From Zootoca vivipara (taxonomy: Eukaryota), in NCBI RefSeq assembly GCF_963506605.1, contig NC_083283.1:6758001-6822000 (forward strand): a stretch of 64,000 nt of DNA, written 5' to 3'. Each line of letters starts with the position of its first letter. Within the stretch, counting starts at the first letter, position 1. Shown here one piece after another: positions 1 through 11,662 of the stretch. The notes beneath the pieces were generated by a model that was not told the DNA's origin, did no database searches, and saw only the letters and a program-made list of their open reading frames with translations. The position numbers and the translations under genes were made by a program.

Positions 1-301
1 GTTTATAGTGCCCTAGCTGTTGAATTCACAATCGAGAGGCCATCAGCTTAGCAATGGAAATCTGCAGCTTTCACAGCATTACAACCTGGTTTATGTGTGG
101 CTGGTCTGCTGCACAGATTACATGAAAAGGGAGGATGTGGCCAAGGGCTTCTTGAACAGCTAGTCAAAAAATGGTTTTGTGTAGGCTGCAGAGGAAAGGC
201 ACAAATGAGTAGATCTCCTTGCAAATCATGACTGAGTCGAGAACCAAAACCAAACAATTTGCAAAAGGGAGACATTTTGCCACTTTCTATCCTGTTGGAG
301 T

Positions 302-411
302 GGGATGCGGGTGGGGCTGTGGTCTCAACCACTAAGCTTAGGGCTTGCCGGTTAAGGGACCCTGGTGGTGCTGTGGTTTAAACCACTGAGCCTAGGGCTT
401 GCTGATCAGAA
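302..411 (+). mobile_element. Two tandem 5' heads of Sauria SINE (truncated)
   Basis: GGGATGCGGGTGGGGCTGTGGTCTCAACCACT..GGGCTTGCCG followed by GGGACCCTGGTGGTGCTGTGGTTTAAACCACTGAGCCTAGGGCTTGCTGATCAGAAG. Both resemble the tRNA-like head of Sauria SINE as I recall it. Confidence 0.65.
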
Positions 412-548
412 GAAGTATCTGAAGAAGTGTGCATGCACACGAAAGCTCATACAAATAACAAACTTAGTTGGTCTCTAAGATGCTACTGGAAGGAATTTTT
501 TAAATTTTGTTTCAACTACGGCAGACCAACAAGGCTACCTACCTGTAA
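412..548 (+). mobile_element. Penelope-like element (PLE) terminal repeat fragment
   Basis: TATCTGAAGAAGTGTGCATGCACACGAAAGCTCATAC...TTAGTTGGTCTCTAAG...CAGACCAACAAGGCTACCTACCTGTAA. The same sequence recurs as inverted pairs at 44.6 and 54.8 kb, the arrangement typical of PLE pseudo-LTRs. Confidence 0.7.
415..452 (+). ncRNA. Minimal type I hammerhead ribozyme motif within PLE repeat
   Basis: Stem I GTAT/ATAC; core CTGAAGA; stem II GTGTG-CATG-CACAC; GAAA; palindromic AGCT in place of helix III; predicted cleavage after TC at 448. Confidence 0.65.
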
Positions 549-1229
549 TTATAATCCTATTCCATGATGATTGCTCAGTACTTCCATGCAAGTGTATTGC
601 AGTCCTTGGTCTAGCTCCAAACAGCACACTCACTTTCCCTTCCCAGCTCACATTCTTCCTTTTATGCTTTCTCAGAGACCTAATTATTTATCATTTGTAC
701 TCTTTGCTTTCCTCTGTGGCTATGTGGAGGGCACACATTTTGCAAGAGTTCACACTTCCTCTCTTTAGAACCGCAAGAACTCTCCCAGCTTCCTTTATTC
801 AAATGCATGAAATAACTTATTCACCCCTGGCAGAAGCAGCAGCCTACAAAACAAACAAAAAAACAACACGAAGCTAACATGATGTATTTGGATCTGGCTC
901 CAAAGCAAGAGAAAGAAACAGCAGGCAGAGTTTTGTGAGGGTCTCTCTGGTGGCAATCACAATTTTTAAAAATAGCAATAGTATTTGTGAGCGGCAGTGA
1001 GGGATCAGTGAGGGAGCCTGATCTGTGCCAATGGCCCTAATGACATTTATTGGGTGGGGCCAGTAACAAGCAGCCCAGCAGCTAATTTATTCCTTAACCT
1101 TACAATCATCTCTGCCTCCCCCCTCCACCATTCCATGGAACCATTCTTTTAGAAGAAAACAAGGACCTTTGCATTTCAAGCCCCCCATAGCTCACGTGCC
1201 AAATATCTCATGACTCCCACCACACCAAG

Positions 1230-1501
1230 CATAGCTGCCAAGTCTCCCATTTTTCACGGGAAACCCTCAGATTTTAATCCGTTTCCCGCTGTTATCGCGA
1301 ATAGAAAAAAATCCCCCGGATTCCCTACCTGCCAGGGAGGCTCCATTTCGGGTGCTGCTCTGCCCGTGTCTGGGCACCGGAAATCGGGCAGTGCCGGCAC
1401 CAGAAGTCGCTTCTATGCATGTCCAGACATGCGTAGAAGCGACTTCTGGTGCCGCGTCGCTGCTGATCCCGCATTTTTCAGCAGGAGACTTGGCAGCTAT
1501 G
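1230..1501. mobile_element. MITE with CATAGCTGCCAAG terminal inverted repeats
   Basis: Begins CATAGCTGCCAAGTCTCC and ends GGAGACTTGGCAGCTATG. Shorter relatives lie at 8614-8703 and 11133-11222. Confidence 0.75.
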
Positions 1502-4500
1502 CCAATAGGACAAGTTAAGATCAAACTCATCCTGCCAATAAGTGCAGAGCTATGCTAGGTACGGGAGAGGCAAGGCTATCCAGGAACAACACCTTCCTGT
1601 AACCAGTCAATTTTTGAATTTGCTTTGAAGCTTTTGTCCAGGAAGGTAGACTCCAAGCTTCACATACAACTTGTTCTGTTTGCTCAGTGCCAACCATGTT
1701 GCAAATCACTTAGCCGTGGATGGAACTCAGGGTCTGACGTTGTTGCCGTCCCCTGCTTTTTATTCACTACCTCCAGGTCTCTGCTTGAGGCAGAAGCTCC
1801 TTTCGGGGTTCTCTTTCAGTTCCTACTTCTCTGGATCACTGCTTGCTGAAGTAGAGAGCACTTCCTGGATAAGCCTGCCAAGACATGCTGCTACCACTAT
1901 CTAAAGGTCATGATTCATGAGACTCCTAGAATATGTGTGAAACACGTGTCTACCAAAAAGGATCACCAACAGGGGAATAACAGGATGAATGTACTATTGT
2001 GCTCATGCCCTGTTTGTGGGCTTCTTAAAGGCATCTGATTGGCCACGGGAAGGAACAGGATGTTGGGACAGGTAGGCATTTGGTCTGATCCAGCTGTCAG
2101 ACTCTTCTTATTTTTCAGTGGCCATGGTTAGGCTGTGGAACACCCCTCCAACCAAGATGCATCTAGACTCCTCATGAAGTGCAGAAAGTAAAAAAAAAGT
2201 TTGAAGAAAGGAGAGTCTAACTAAACACCAGGAAGAATTTTCTGACAGTAGTTTGACAATGGAAGAGACTCCCTTAGGACGTGGTGGACTCTCCTTCAAT
2301 AGAGGTTTTGAAGCAGAGGTTAGATGGTAACTGTCAGTTGAGATCCCTGCATTGCAAGGGGTTGGACTAGATGACATTGGGTTCTTTCCAGATCTACAAT
2401 ACTATGATTCTATATCCTCTGCCAGCTGGAAGAAACAGAAAATCCTCTTTTTGTTTGTAAGCTGTGGGTCCACAAAGAGTTAAATCTTCCGCCATGCAAA
2501 GTTTCTGGTGCACAGGGGATCGAAATCTTCACCAGAAAGACTGCTGGATCACTTTGCAAAGTCTCTGTGGCCTGTTTCTGGCACTTCAGCGCCACAGATA
2601 ACCAGCTCCTTCTGCAAATTGCAGCTTCCTCTTTAAGTGAGAGTAGCATTCAAGCATCTTTTAAAAAAAAATGCAGCCTGTGTAGTTCCCTCCCAGGCTC
2701 ACCATGCACACTGTGTACACATGTGCTCTCAGATCAGTCAGCAGCGTGAGCCAGGGGAAAGCAGTTCGTGCCCTCTCTTCTTCAGAAACAGCAGTACTTG
2801 CTCGGGACTGGAGATTCCCTAGGCTGAATGAACATCCGGAGATTCTCAGGAATGTGTGGTGTCTGGGAGGGAGTGGGGTGCGTGGGAAGAGGGCGGATCT
2901 GGCTACAAGGGGTGGAGGAGGAGGGAAAAGAGCTGCTGGAGAGACGCCAGTCGAGAAAGAGCCGCTAAGGAGAGCAAGAGAGCGAGAATCAGAAGGGTGT
3001 GTGAATAACAGGAAAGCAATCAGGCAGAAAACATCCCCCCCCCACTGAAGGAGGAAGGAAAGATTGTTACCAGCCAGCCAGATCGCGCGTTTTGCTGGAA
3101 GCTTTGGATTCCCCAGCAGGAACTGGACAAAGAAAGGATCTGTAAGTTATATCTGTAACTTTTATATCTGTAAGTTTTGATTTTCCTGGTTTTTCAATTT
3201 TATTTATTTTAAAAAAGAGTTTTGTGTTCCCATCTCCTCGCTTTGTCCTCCTTTAAAAGTTCCAGGTTTTGGTGGGGATCTGTGATGCTCCTGGGGGCTC
3301 CTTCTCTGGTTTCGCAATCTCTCCTTGCCCAGGCACCCCAGAGGGCACCGGTAACCATGGGTGTAGCCAGGGGGGGCACTTAACTGCGCCCCCTCACATA
3401 AAGCTTGCTCCCCCAACATAAATCCAGGCTATGCCTTTCATTTAGGTGGGGGTCAAGTCACTCCGGCTTGGATCCGGAGTTGCCCTCTGTGAACACGGAA
3501 TTGTGAAATGAGAAGGAGCCTGGAAACTCATTTAGCCCAGCCCTCTGGTGAGGCTGCGGTCGCACCATGGCAGCATTGCTGATAGCTGGCTATCCAGCCT
3601 CTGCTTTCAACCTCTAATGCAGGAAGGTGTCTCTTTGAAGGGACGGGAATAAACCAAATCCCTTCCACTGGACAGAGTCTGATCCAAAGGAGGCTGCCAC
3701 TGTTGGGAGCATGGAGAAGTTTTTTTGGTACTGTTCGCAATATTTTTCATGGCCAGGTCAAGACATTTCTCTCCCCCACACTCACTCCTTTTCATTTTAA
3801 AAGTAGTATTCAAAATTGTAAAAGTTTTTAGTGGCTTCCAGCTAACCACAACGGGGCTCCAAGATTTGTTAGATGTCTGATTGTGATGAAAGCAGTTCCT
3901 CTCCCACCACTTCCTCTGTGGGCTAATTCAGCTTCTGCTTCCATTCATTCTTGTCATCCTTCTGCCTTAACCTCCCAACCCCCATATTTTAAGAATGTAA
4001 GTGTTGCTTTTAAGTATCAGTCCCCTGGATGCATAATAACAGTAATCTTTAAAACAATTTTATGGGAAGGTTTATAACGTTTTGAGCATTAAAACCCAAA
4101 TTCATTTATAAAAAGATAATAAAAGAGTATATCAAAAAAGAATAATAACAACAAAAATAAAAAATAAAATAAAATACCCACGACCCTTACAAAACACAAT
4201 TAAATAAAAAAAAGAGCAAGATAAAGAACAGATTAAAATAACTAAAAGAATAGAAAAGACTAGAAAAAATGATTAAAAAGAAGAACTCCTGCCTCCCTAT
4301 CTGACAATTATCTGTAACAACAATTATTCAAATTGTTTAACATAACAGTTTGGTCACCTCTGTAGGCTGTAATTTTGCCCAAATTTCTCTCTCGAGTCCA
4401 GCCTTTAACTTTTAGTTACTCAGACAGCACAATATGACTCTTCTAATATCTTTCTAGTAATCCAAATGGATATTTCTCCAGTTTCTATATAAAATCTCTG

Positions 4501-4714
4501 ATAAAGTCCTTTTAAACAGTTACTATAATAGTAATTGTAATGCTGGAATTCAGCTGAAAATTTTTGGATGATTGTTTGTTAAACTCTGTACTTGGGCACC
4601 TATTGAGATATTGCATTCTTATTTTGCATGATAGTTCCTGAGATCAAGGGGCAGGGTTTGTCTATGTTTTAATACAACTGGATGTCATTATGAATCAAGA
4701 TGGCAGACTGAAAC

Positions 4715-4793
4715 TTTCAAAACTTCACTGATTTTAACCACTGATTTCAAAACTTTGTTCATTTTAATCACTGATTTCAAAACTTTGCTGATT
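4715..4793. repeat. ~30-bp tandem repeat, about 2.6 copies
   Basis: The unit TTTCAAAACTT....ATTTTAA(C/T)CACTGA is repeated upstream of the first receptor's splice acceptor. Confidence 0.7.
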
Positions 4794-5005
4794 ATTTAGT
4801 TTTTTGTTTTTGAATTCTCATGCAAAGCCATGTCTGGAGCTTCTAATGTCACCCGTTCTTGCTAGCTTTCGGTTGCCTCGCCTTACAAAATAGTAAAAGT
4901 GTTGAGATGAAATGTTCAAATACTTCTGTAGTCCAGCTCAACCAGAGTGACTAATTCCCCTCTGTCGTCCTCTCTCCAACAGAACAAAAAACAGTGTGGA
5001 GTATT

Positions 5006-6022
5006 ATGAGCAGCAGTGAGTGGGACAGCAACATTTTCACCATGGACACTGACAACACATATCAAGTGTACGGAGAGCAACTCCGTGCAAAATGCTCCGA
5101 AGAAGAAATCTACAGATATGCATTTTCTGAATTGGGTTATTATACTAAACCCATTGCCATCCTTATCTGCATATTTGGGTTGTTTGGGAATGGATATGTT
5201 TTGTGGCTCCTTGATTTCCATATTAAGAGAAATCCTTTCACCACCTACATCCTGAATTTGACCGCAGCTGACTTTGGCCTGCTCTTGTTTTTGTCTCTGT
5301 CCCTTATCCTTTTGTTTGCTGATGACCTCTGTGGATTACAGCTCCCTGCCCACATTTCTGCAATACCCCTGTTACACTTATGCCAATTTTGCTATACTGC
5401 CAGTCTCTGTTTCCATACAATCATCAGCATAGAAAGATGCCTCTCTGCCTCTTTTCCAAGCTGCTACCAACATCGGCGGCCACAATCCCTTTCGTCTGGG
5501 CTATCCATACTAGTCTGGATCCTGTGTGTCATGTTCTGCGGAATGGAAATTTCATTTTACCTGGTCTCTAATATGATATTATACCCAGTTGTCAGGAGCA
5601 TGTTCATTGTGGTCATATGGGTCTTGCCTCCAATTTTAGCTGTCTTCACTTTGCTCCTGCTTGCCAAAATGTGTTGCAACTCTCAGCGCCGACTGCCAGG
5701 AAGCCTGACTACTGCCATTCTTCTCTCCCTCCTGTTTTTCCTCCTCTGCCATGGCCCATGGAGCATCACATTTCTGCTATCCTCCCCTAAGCATTCACAA
5801 ACTCTTATTGCACTTTCTCAGCTCCTCCACTCTGTCAATAGCAGCATTAAGCCAGTGCTTTATTACTTGGTGGGGAAACAGGGCAAATGGTCCTCTACAG
5901 AACCCCTGAAGGTCATTTTCAGGAGGGTCTTCCAGGATGAATACTATCCTCTGCAAGAGAACGTGTTGACTGATGCAGAGATACTAAGTACAGTAACGTG
6001 TTCAAGCCAAGCCATCAACTGA
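5006..6022 (+). CDS. MAS/MRGPR-like class A GPCR, 338 aa, single coding exon
   Basis: 7 hydrophobic segments; GLFGNG (TM1), IKRNPFTTYILNL..ADF (TM2), SIERCLS (TM3), NSSIKPVLYYLVG (TM7). First ATG is at 5006 (the ORF track starts at an upstream GTG). Polypyrimidine tract and AG acceptor at 4981-4982. Confidence 0.93.
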   Translation: MSSSEWDSNIFTMDTDNTYQVYGEQLRAKCSEEEIYRYAFSELGYYTKPIAILICIFGLFGNGYVLWLLDFHIKRNPFTTYILNLTAADFGLLLFLSLSLILLFADDLCGLQLPAHISAIPLLHLCQFCYTASLCFHTIISIERCLSASFPSCYQHRRPQSLSSGLSILVWILCVMFCGMEISFYLVSNMILYPVVRSMFIVVIWVLPPILAVFTLLLLAKMCCNSQRRLPGSLTTAILLSLLFFLLCHGPWSITFLLSSPKHSQTLIALSQLLHSVNSSIKPVLYYLVGKQGKWSSTEPLKVIFRRVFQDEYYPLQENVLTDAEILSTVTCSSQAIN

Positions 6023-6319
6023 CTAAGCCAGCGTTGTTCTTGAATGGAAATGCTTTGATCCTGGACTTACCCAGGAATGAAGATACCAGATGTAATCAAT
6101 AGGCATAACGAAAAGCCACAGCTTCATTAACTCAAAGGAGTGCTCTTCTCTTGCCATACTGGTTTAACTGCCACCTCTCTCCAGCTCAGTATTGATAAAG
6201 TTGCTGCAGCACAGTCCGTTGCCGTCAGAAACCTCAGGGTACCTCCGTGTGTGGAGTAAAGTCAGCCATGTTGATGATGATCACTGCCTCTTGTGGGAGC
6301 ATAGTCCCATAGTAAACTG

Positions 6320-6715
6320 CTCAGGACCTCAATGCCTCAAGTATGGCCTCTCTCCATGTGAACCTACCTGGACCCTGAGATCCTCATCTGAGGCCCTCCT
6401 TCATGTGCCTCCTCCACAAAAAGGTCTCAAGGGCGGCAACATGAGAATGGGCCTTTTCTGCAGTGGTTCCCCATTTGTGGAATGCTTTCCCCAGGAAGAT
6501 TAGCCTGGCCCCTTCAGGCAAAACGCTCCTGTTTAACCAGGCCTTTGAGTGATTCACATCCAATACCCTTTTAAAATGTGTTGGGGGGAATCTGTTATTG
6601 GGCTGCTTTTGTTTATATTATATATTTTGTGTTTTTATATTGTGATTGTATCTTGTGAACCGCCCTAAGACCTGTGGGTATAGGGCAGCATACAAATTTA
6701 ATATATAGTAATAAT
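6320..6715 (+). mobile_element. L2-type LINE 3' fragment (degenerate)
   Basis: GACCCTGAGATCCTCATCTGAGGCCCT...TGTGGAATGCTTTCCC...TGTGAACCGCCCT, ending in an AAT-rich tail. Homologous in part to the L2 copies at 36.5 and 42.6 kb. Confidence 0.6.
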
Positions 6716-8613
6716 AGTTTAACTATGCACTGTGTGAATTGTTTTATCTGTGTGAAGAAATATTTTCTTTTGCCCCAGATGCTGTAACCTTTCCTCATAG
6801 GGGAGTTTGCTGGGTTTTTTTTTACTGCCTATCTGTTTGTCAGGCTTCAGGGAATCCGATCCCTCCCAGGGTGGCAGCCAATAAGCAGATAAAAAAGAAG
6901 AGTTCTTACCAAGTCTTTTATTCAAGCTTCACAGTAGAAGGCATAGCAATGCCACCTCTCTTAGATAATGGCATTGCTCCGTGTAAAGTCCCACCCCCTC
7001 CATCTCTCCTGCCATACGTCATCCTTGCACCGTCCAATCTGTGCTTTCTGCCTTTGAGCTTTCTGTTCTACTGCTCTCAATGCTCGCCAGGACCTGGGAT
7101 AGGGGGGAGGAGGGTCTGGCATGCTTTCCAAAGACACTGAGTCTGTCAGTTCTCTCTCCTCTGGTGCTTCTTCTTCCTCCTGCTCCTCTCCCAATATTTC
7201 CCAGCTTCTACCCTCTGCAGCCTCTGAACTGTGACCTTATGCAAACCACTGTTGTAAATCTATACTGTCTCCCTCTTCTCTGGTAAGTGCCGGGGGGGGG
7301 GGGTTGTCTCCACCATTCCTCCTCGGACTAATCCCTGACACTGTTTTAGGCACTGCCATGGGTTCTTTGAAATGTTCGATTGGGAGGAATTCAGTGAAGT
7401 ACTAAGGCATCCATTCTGTCTAATTAATCACCTTTGCTTGCTAGACAGAATGATCACCCTCTTCTGCCGCACTTCGTATTGCAAGGTTTATCCCACCCCC
7501 TGCAGGTCAATTTTGGTGAGCACATAGGGGTGGTGGTGGAGTTGCACAAGAGGAATACTTGCTCTGGGCTTCTGCTGGTGGGGCTTGCTAGCTGAATCCC
7601 TCCCGCTTTATTTGCAACTAGTGCCATTCAGCCCGTTTAATAAACGGGGCTAGAACATTCGGCCTTTTTCGGTGGCAGCGGCGCGTAGGGGGCTTTTATT
7701 CCTTGTCTAATTGATTGTTCCTCCCCCCTCCCTTTGATCCTTAATTTATCCCTAATTTTCTCGCCCCCCGTTCCCAAACCCCAAGCCAAAGTCCCCCCCC
7801 TTTTTTTACCTTTATAGCCTGGGCTCGGCTGGGGTGTGTGTGGGGGTATTTCTTCCTTTACCCCCTCCAACGCTTGTGTTTGGAGTGCGGATCCCTCCCC
7901 ACCCTGTTTTCGCGCGCTTTTTGTGCCTGCCGTTTGGTTCCTAATTTCCCCCCGTCAATAGCGCTGCTGCTGCCAGGGCCCAGTGGCCGAATTCTGGCTC
8001 CTGGACAGCCCGGGCGGCTGCTCCGGGGTGTACGCCCAGTTTTGGGGGGTGTGGGGGTGACTCCCGCTACTTTTGTTGGCCTCTGCGGCTGTTTTTCAGT
8101 CGCCTGCTGCATCCGGGAGGGAGCTTTGCCGTCCGGGGGGCTTGCCCCTGCCCCGGCGCTTTCTGAGGGTCCCGCGGTTGGCACTGAGCATTCGGTGGCC
8201 TCACCGCGCCTTTCCTGGCCGTTCCGGCCCAGTGGGGGTCTCCCGGTTGCTTGCGCTGTTTGGGCCTCAATTTCGGGCCTGTTAGTGAGGAGAAGCCGGG
8301 GCCTCAATTTTTTGGTCGTCCCGGCTTCCTGCTCAGGCCCTTGGGCACGTTGAGAAAGGGCCTGCCCTGCTTAGGGGCCTTGCTGCCTGCTCCTGCCTTC
8401 CACCTGGTGGCCTCTGTTTTAACTGCTTATTGAGCCAGTGCAGGGCAGAGGGGTGGGGTGGGGAGTGTGTGTGTGTGTGTGCGCGCGTGCGTGCGTGCAG
8501 TCTCTGCGTCCAATCCCTGTGTCCCTGGGGCACATGCTCAGTAGCGCGGAAAACGGGACCAGGGAATCTGGACGCAGAGACACTTGCACTTTATTATATA
8601 GGATTTTCTATAG

Positions 8614-8703
8614 CATAGCTGCCAAGTTATCCCTTTTTTAAAGGGATTTTCCCTTATGCTGAATAGGCTTCCTCGCGAGAAAAGGGAAAACTTGGCAGCT
8701 ATG
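8614..8703. mobile_element. 90-bp MITE (CATAGCTGCCAAG TIRs)
   Basis: Near-perfect reverse complement of 11133-11222; 15-bp TIRs. Confidence 0.8.
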
Positions 8704-9649
8704 CTCTATAGTCACCTTGCAGCCTTGAATAAGGCAATGAATTAATAAGGCTATTCAGAAGAATAACAATAGCGTATGCAGCTGCTCTGCCTTGCTATGA
8801 ACTTGCATCTTGTCTTCTAAAGTGGGAAGCAGGTGGCCAAGGAGGTTGGAGGAGTTGGATTTAGAGCAATGTGACTGTTTCCACTGCACTGGGGTCATCA
8901 GAAGGCATCACAACTCTGACATAGTGCATGTACTGAATGGAAGGGCAAAGGTGCAGGGCACCAATTTTTTGCCTTGCAGAGGGCGCCAGTGAAATTTGAA
9001 AGACCAGAGACTTGGAGGAGGACTGACCTGATAATGTATGTACCACAGCCAGATCCACAGTTTCTTCTGCTCCTGTCCATGCGAGCCAACAACCATGAGC
9101 CCCCTTGCCACTGATTTGCCTGTTATAGCATTGGCTTATTATTGGATGTAAAAGGTTTGCCTTTTGTTTTCTTTGGTGTACTACTGAATATCATGTTGCT
9201 TTTTATGATCCCAGAGCTGCATCACTCCATTCATGGCTAGCAGCTTTTAAGCCTTTTGACAATGTCAATAAATACGTAATGAAACTAAAGATTAAAGTTA
9301 GCCGATATTGATTGTTTTCTCTGTTCCAACAGCTTCTTTCTCTTTGAAAATGTCCCCATGTGTGCAGGAAAGAGTGATGTTTAGCTCTCATGTCCAGTGT
9401 TTGTGACTTTGGAAGTGCAATTTTTAAAAGATTGTTTAGGTAGAGGTTTAACACCACCACCACCACCACCAGTAATAATTTTATTTATAGCCTCCTGCCT
9501 TTGCAGGGGGGGGGGTTCAAAATGTATCTACATAGTACCTAGAGAATAACTTGCACCTAAATATTAGCAAGACAAAGGAGATGGTGTGGGACTTTCCGGA
9601 GGAAGAGAGGGGAACTCGCCCTGTTATATATCCGTGTGTGTGTGTGTGT

Positions 9650-9685
<36 letters not shown>

Positions 9686-9699
9686 AGTCTCTTCCTTTA

Positions 9700-10320
9700 A
9701 ATTCCTGGGAGTTTACCTTAGTGAAGACCTCACTTGGAAAAACAATATAACTCAGGTGGTTAGGAAGACCCAACAGAGACTCCATGTCCTCAGGGTCTTG
9801 CGAAAGAACAATGTTAAACAACAATTGATTACCTCCTTCTACCGGTCCACAATAGAAAGTGTCCTCTCATATTGTATCACAGTGTGGTACGTTGGCTTGA
9901 CAGCCACAGACAGAAAAAAAAAGTCTTTACCGAGGGTGGTGAACACAGCACATGATATCATGGGCTGTCCCCTGAGCCTGCCAGATGACATCGCAAGGGA
10001 TTGTTGCCTTAGGAGAGCGAGAAAAATTCTCAGGGATGATTCACACCCCGGCCAGCACCTCTTTAATCTTCTACCCTCGGCAGGAGATATAGGAGTATAA
10101 TCAGTCATACCAACAGGCTAAAAAACAGTTTCTATCCATGGGCTGTTAGGCCGCTGAATGGAAAATAATATAGTGCAACTGACTTTTGGGGTTGGTGTGT
10201 TGTGCGACAAGCACACAGAGTGCAATGAGATTGAGTGTGTGTGTGCAGGGAAGGGAGGCTCGGTTAATTTCAGTGTACACAGGTTGTAGTACATTGACAA
10301 TAAAGGTATTATTATTATTA
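9700..10320 (+). mobile_element. Rex1/Babar LINE 3' fragment
   Basis: ORF 9756-10100 (KTQQRLHVLRVLRKNN...FYRSTIESVLSYCITVWY...HPGQHLFNLLPS) is a typical Rex1 RT C-terminus; ends GACAATAAAG plus (TTA)n. Confidence 0.85.
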
Positions 10321-11132
10321 TATATTTAGTAAGATAAACAGTGGCCTACTTTAGGAAAACAGGAGGAAGGAAAATGAAAGACAGGATACATGACAACAGA
10401 GAGGAAACCAAGGCAATTCTCCGAGTGGCTACCAAGGTGCTTACTTTATGTTGGCCACGATCACCAAGCTGAGACTACAATTCAGCAATTTCTATTATTG
10501 TTCTTATTCATTTCATTGCTATGCCTCTGTATATTTTAAAGGAAAAAAACCTCCATGTGGTTTAAAACACATTAGAGCATCAAATCCAGAATAAAACAAT
10601 ACTGAAGAAAGTTAAATATACATTCAAAGCAAAATAGTTACCAGGAAACTAAAATATTATCTTAAACATTTCAAAAGAAAACATTACTAGAAGAAGCCAA
10701 ATATAAAATGCACATTTAAAACAGCATAATTAACAAGATAATAAAATGTTATTGTAAGCATAGAACATATCTACTCCTGTTGTTGCGAATCTTGCCAAAG
10801 GTGGGCAGCAGTTGTGGGAGCTCAGGACACACATTTAATTAGTGGAGTCTGCAGAGTCATTAAGAAGTATGGCTTATTTACACATATTTACACCTGAGTT
10901 TAGATGGAGGGAGTGCAGAACCTCCCTCCCCTAGAATGTCTCTTGCTGCTCCTCTCAGCTTGAGCAGTCAGCTATACTTGCCAGTTTCTAGGTTGCAGCC
11001 TGCAACTCATGGAGTTCTCACCATTGTTCTCCTTCCTCTTCCCAGAACACATCCAGGAATATATCTGACACACAGGGTCTGGGGATACCTTGCTCCCCCA
11101 CAAACCTGTAACAATACTTTTTGTGGTGGAAC

Positions 11133-11222
11133 CATAGCTGCCAAGTTTTCCCTTTTCTCGCGAGGAAGCCTATTCAGCATAAGGGAAAATCCCTTTAAAA
11201 AAGGGATAACTTGGCAGCTATG
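11133..11222. mobile_element. 90-bp MITE (CATAGCTGCCAAG TIRs), inverted relative to the 8614 copy
   Basis: TIRs CATAGCTGCCAAGTT / AACTTGGCAGCTATG. Confidence 0.8.
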
Positions 11223-11662
11223 GGTGGAACCAGGTTAGATTGGAGATGCAGGAGGCTCTGCTGGGGGACCAGATGGCTTTTACAGCAGATCAGGCTTCAC
11301 ACTTCATGACCAGGTGTGTTAAATTCACACTTTCACACCAAGGGTGTGCAGAGCTTCCAAAGTGATGGAGTTGAAAAGAATTCTGCTTATTCCTTTGAAG
11401 TTTTGGAGCCCTTGGTATCCCCACTTTGGAATGATTTGTTATTCTTTATTAATTTGTATGCCATCTGATGCTCAAATTAGCTCCTAAGCAAATGACAAGT
11501 ATAAAAACCAAAGAAGCAAACATTAAAAGATAAACACCCATGATTAAAAGATGCAGAAAAGAAGCAGAAAAACATGAATCTACAGACTTTCCCCCCCAGA
11601 ATAAACCTATGTTGTTGGTCATCTCTAATGCCATCCTGGCATCTTAGTTTACAAGGAGAGGT

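Noticed and set aside
10778-11113. Possible solo LTR (TG...CA); similar LTR-like stretches at 6.8-7.4, 22.1-22.5 and 62.6-63.3 kb
   Set aside because: No convincing target-site duplication or family assignment by eye, so not listed as features.
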